Both the position numbers and the translations under genes were made by a program. Shown piece after piece: positions 63,965 to 64,000 of a DNA stretch of 64,000 nt. The first letter of the stretch is position 1, and each line of letters opens with the position of its first letter. Source of the DNA: an uncultured delta proteobacterium (lineage in GTDB: Bacteria; Desulfobacterota; Binatia; HRBIN30; BPIQ01); contig CAVXGR010000012.1 in NCBI GenBank assembly GCA_963761335.1, positions 448,001 through 512,000 of the forward strand. The letters are read 5' to 3'. The notes beneath the pieces were generated by a model. The model saw only the letters and a list, made by a program, of their open reading frames with translations, searched no databases and was not told the origin of the DNA.

Positions 63965-64000
63965 GAGGAGAGAGTCCCCGCAAGCAGCCGCTCCGCGTGC

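Overview
High-GC bacterial window, probably deltaproteobacterial/Candidatus Binatia-like (inferred from gene content, not from a search). Bases 1-33.7 kb are core genome, mostly on the minus strand. They carry the S10, str, rpoBC, rplKAJL, nusG/secE and rpmG clusters with two apparently identical tuf copies, seven tRNAs, rlmB, lptFG, argC, rplM-rpsI, HU and tig-clpP-clpX-lon. rpoB has a 1-nt frameshift in a C5G5 run, most likely a sequencing error. Bases 33.7-48 kb are accessory: a serine hydrolase, a ThDP enzyme, two secreted/surface proteins, a HEPN-MNT pair, a single-chain acyl-CoA carboxylase, a methyltransferase, an alpha/beta hydrolase, and several palindromes and short repeats. The best candidate for a new system is 48.4-52.8 kb, a compact RRE-dependent RiPP-like operon. 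It encodes a PqqD/RRE protein, a 51-aa peptide with a lasso-type YxxPxL leader ending in only ...GLGSP, a GT2 glycosyltransferase fused to a second RRE, an S26/S24-type peptidase, an HPr-kinase-like kinase and a GT4 glycosyltransferase. It has no lasso cyclase or B2 protease. Bases 52.8-64 kb are a decaying tandem array of class III cyclase/STAND/TPR genes (one intact, the rest deleted or internally inverted) interleaved with toxin-antitoxin modules. All calls come from reading the sequence and recognising motifs; no database searches were run.
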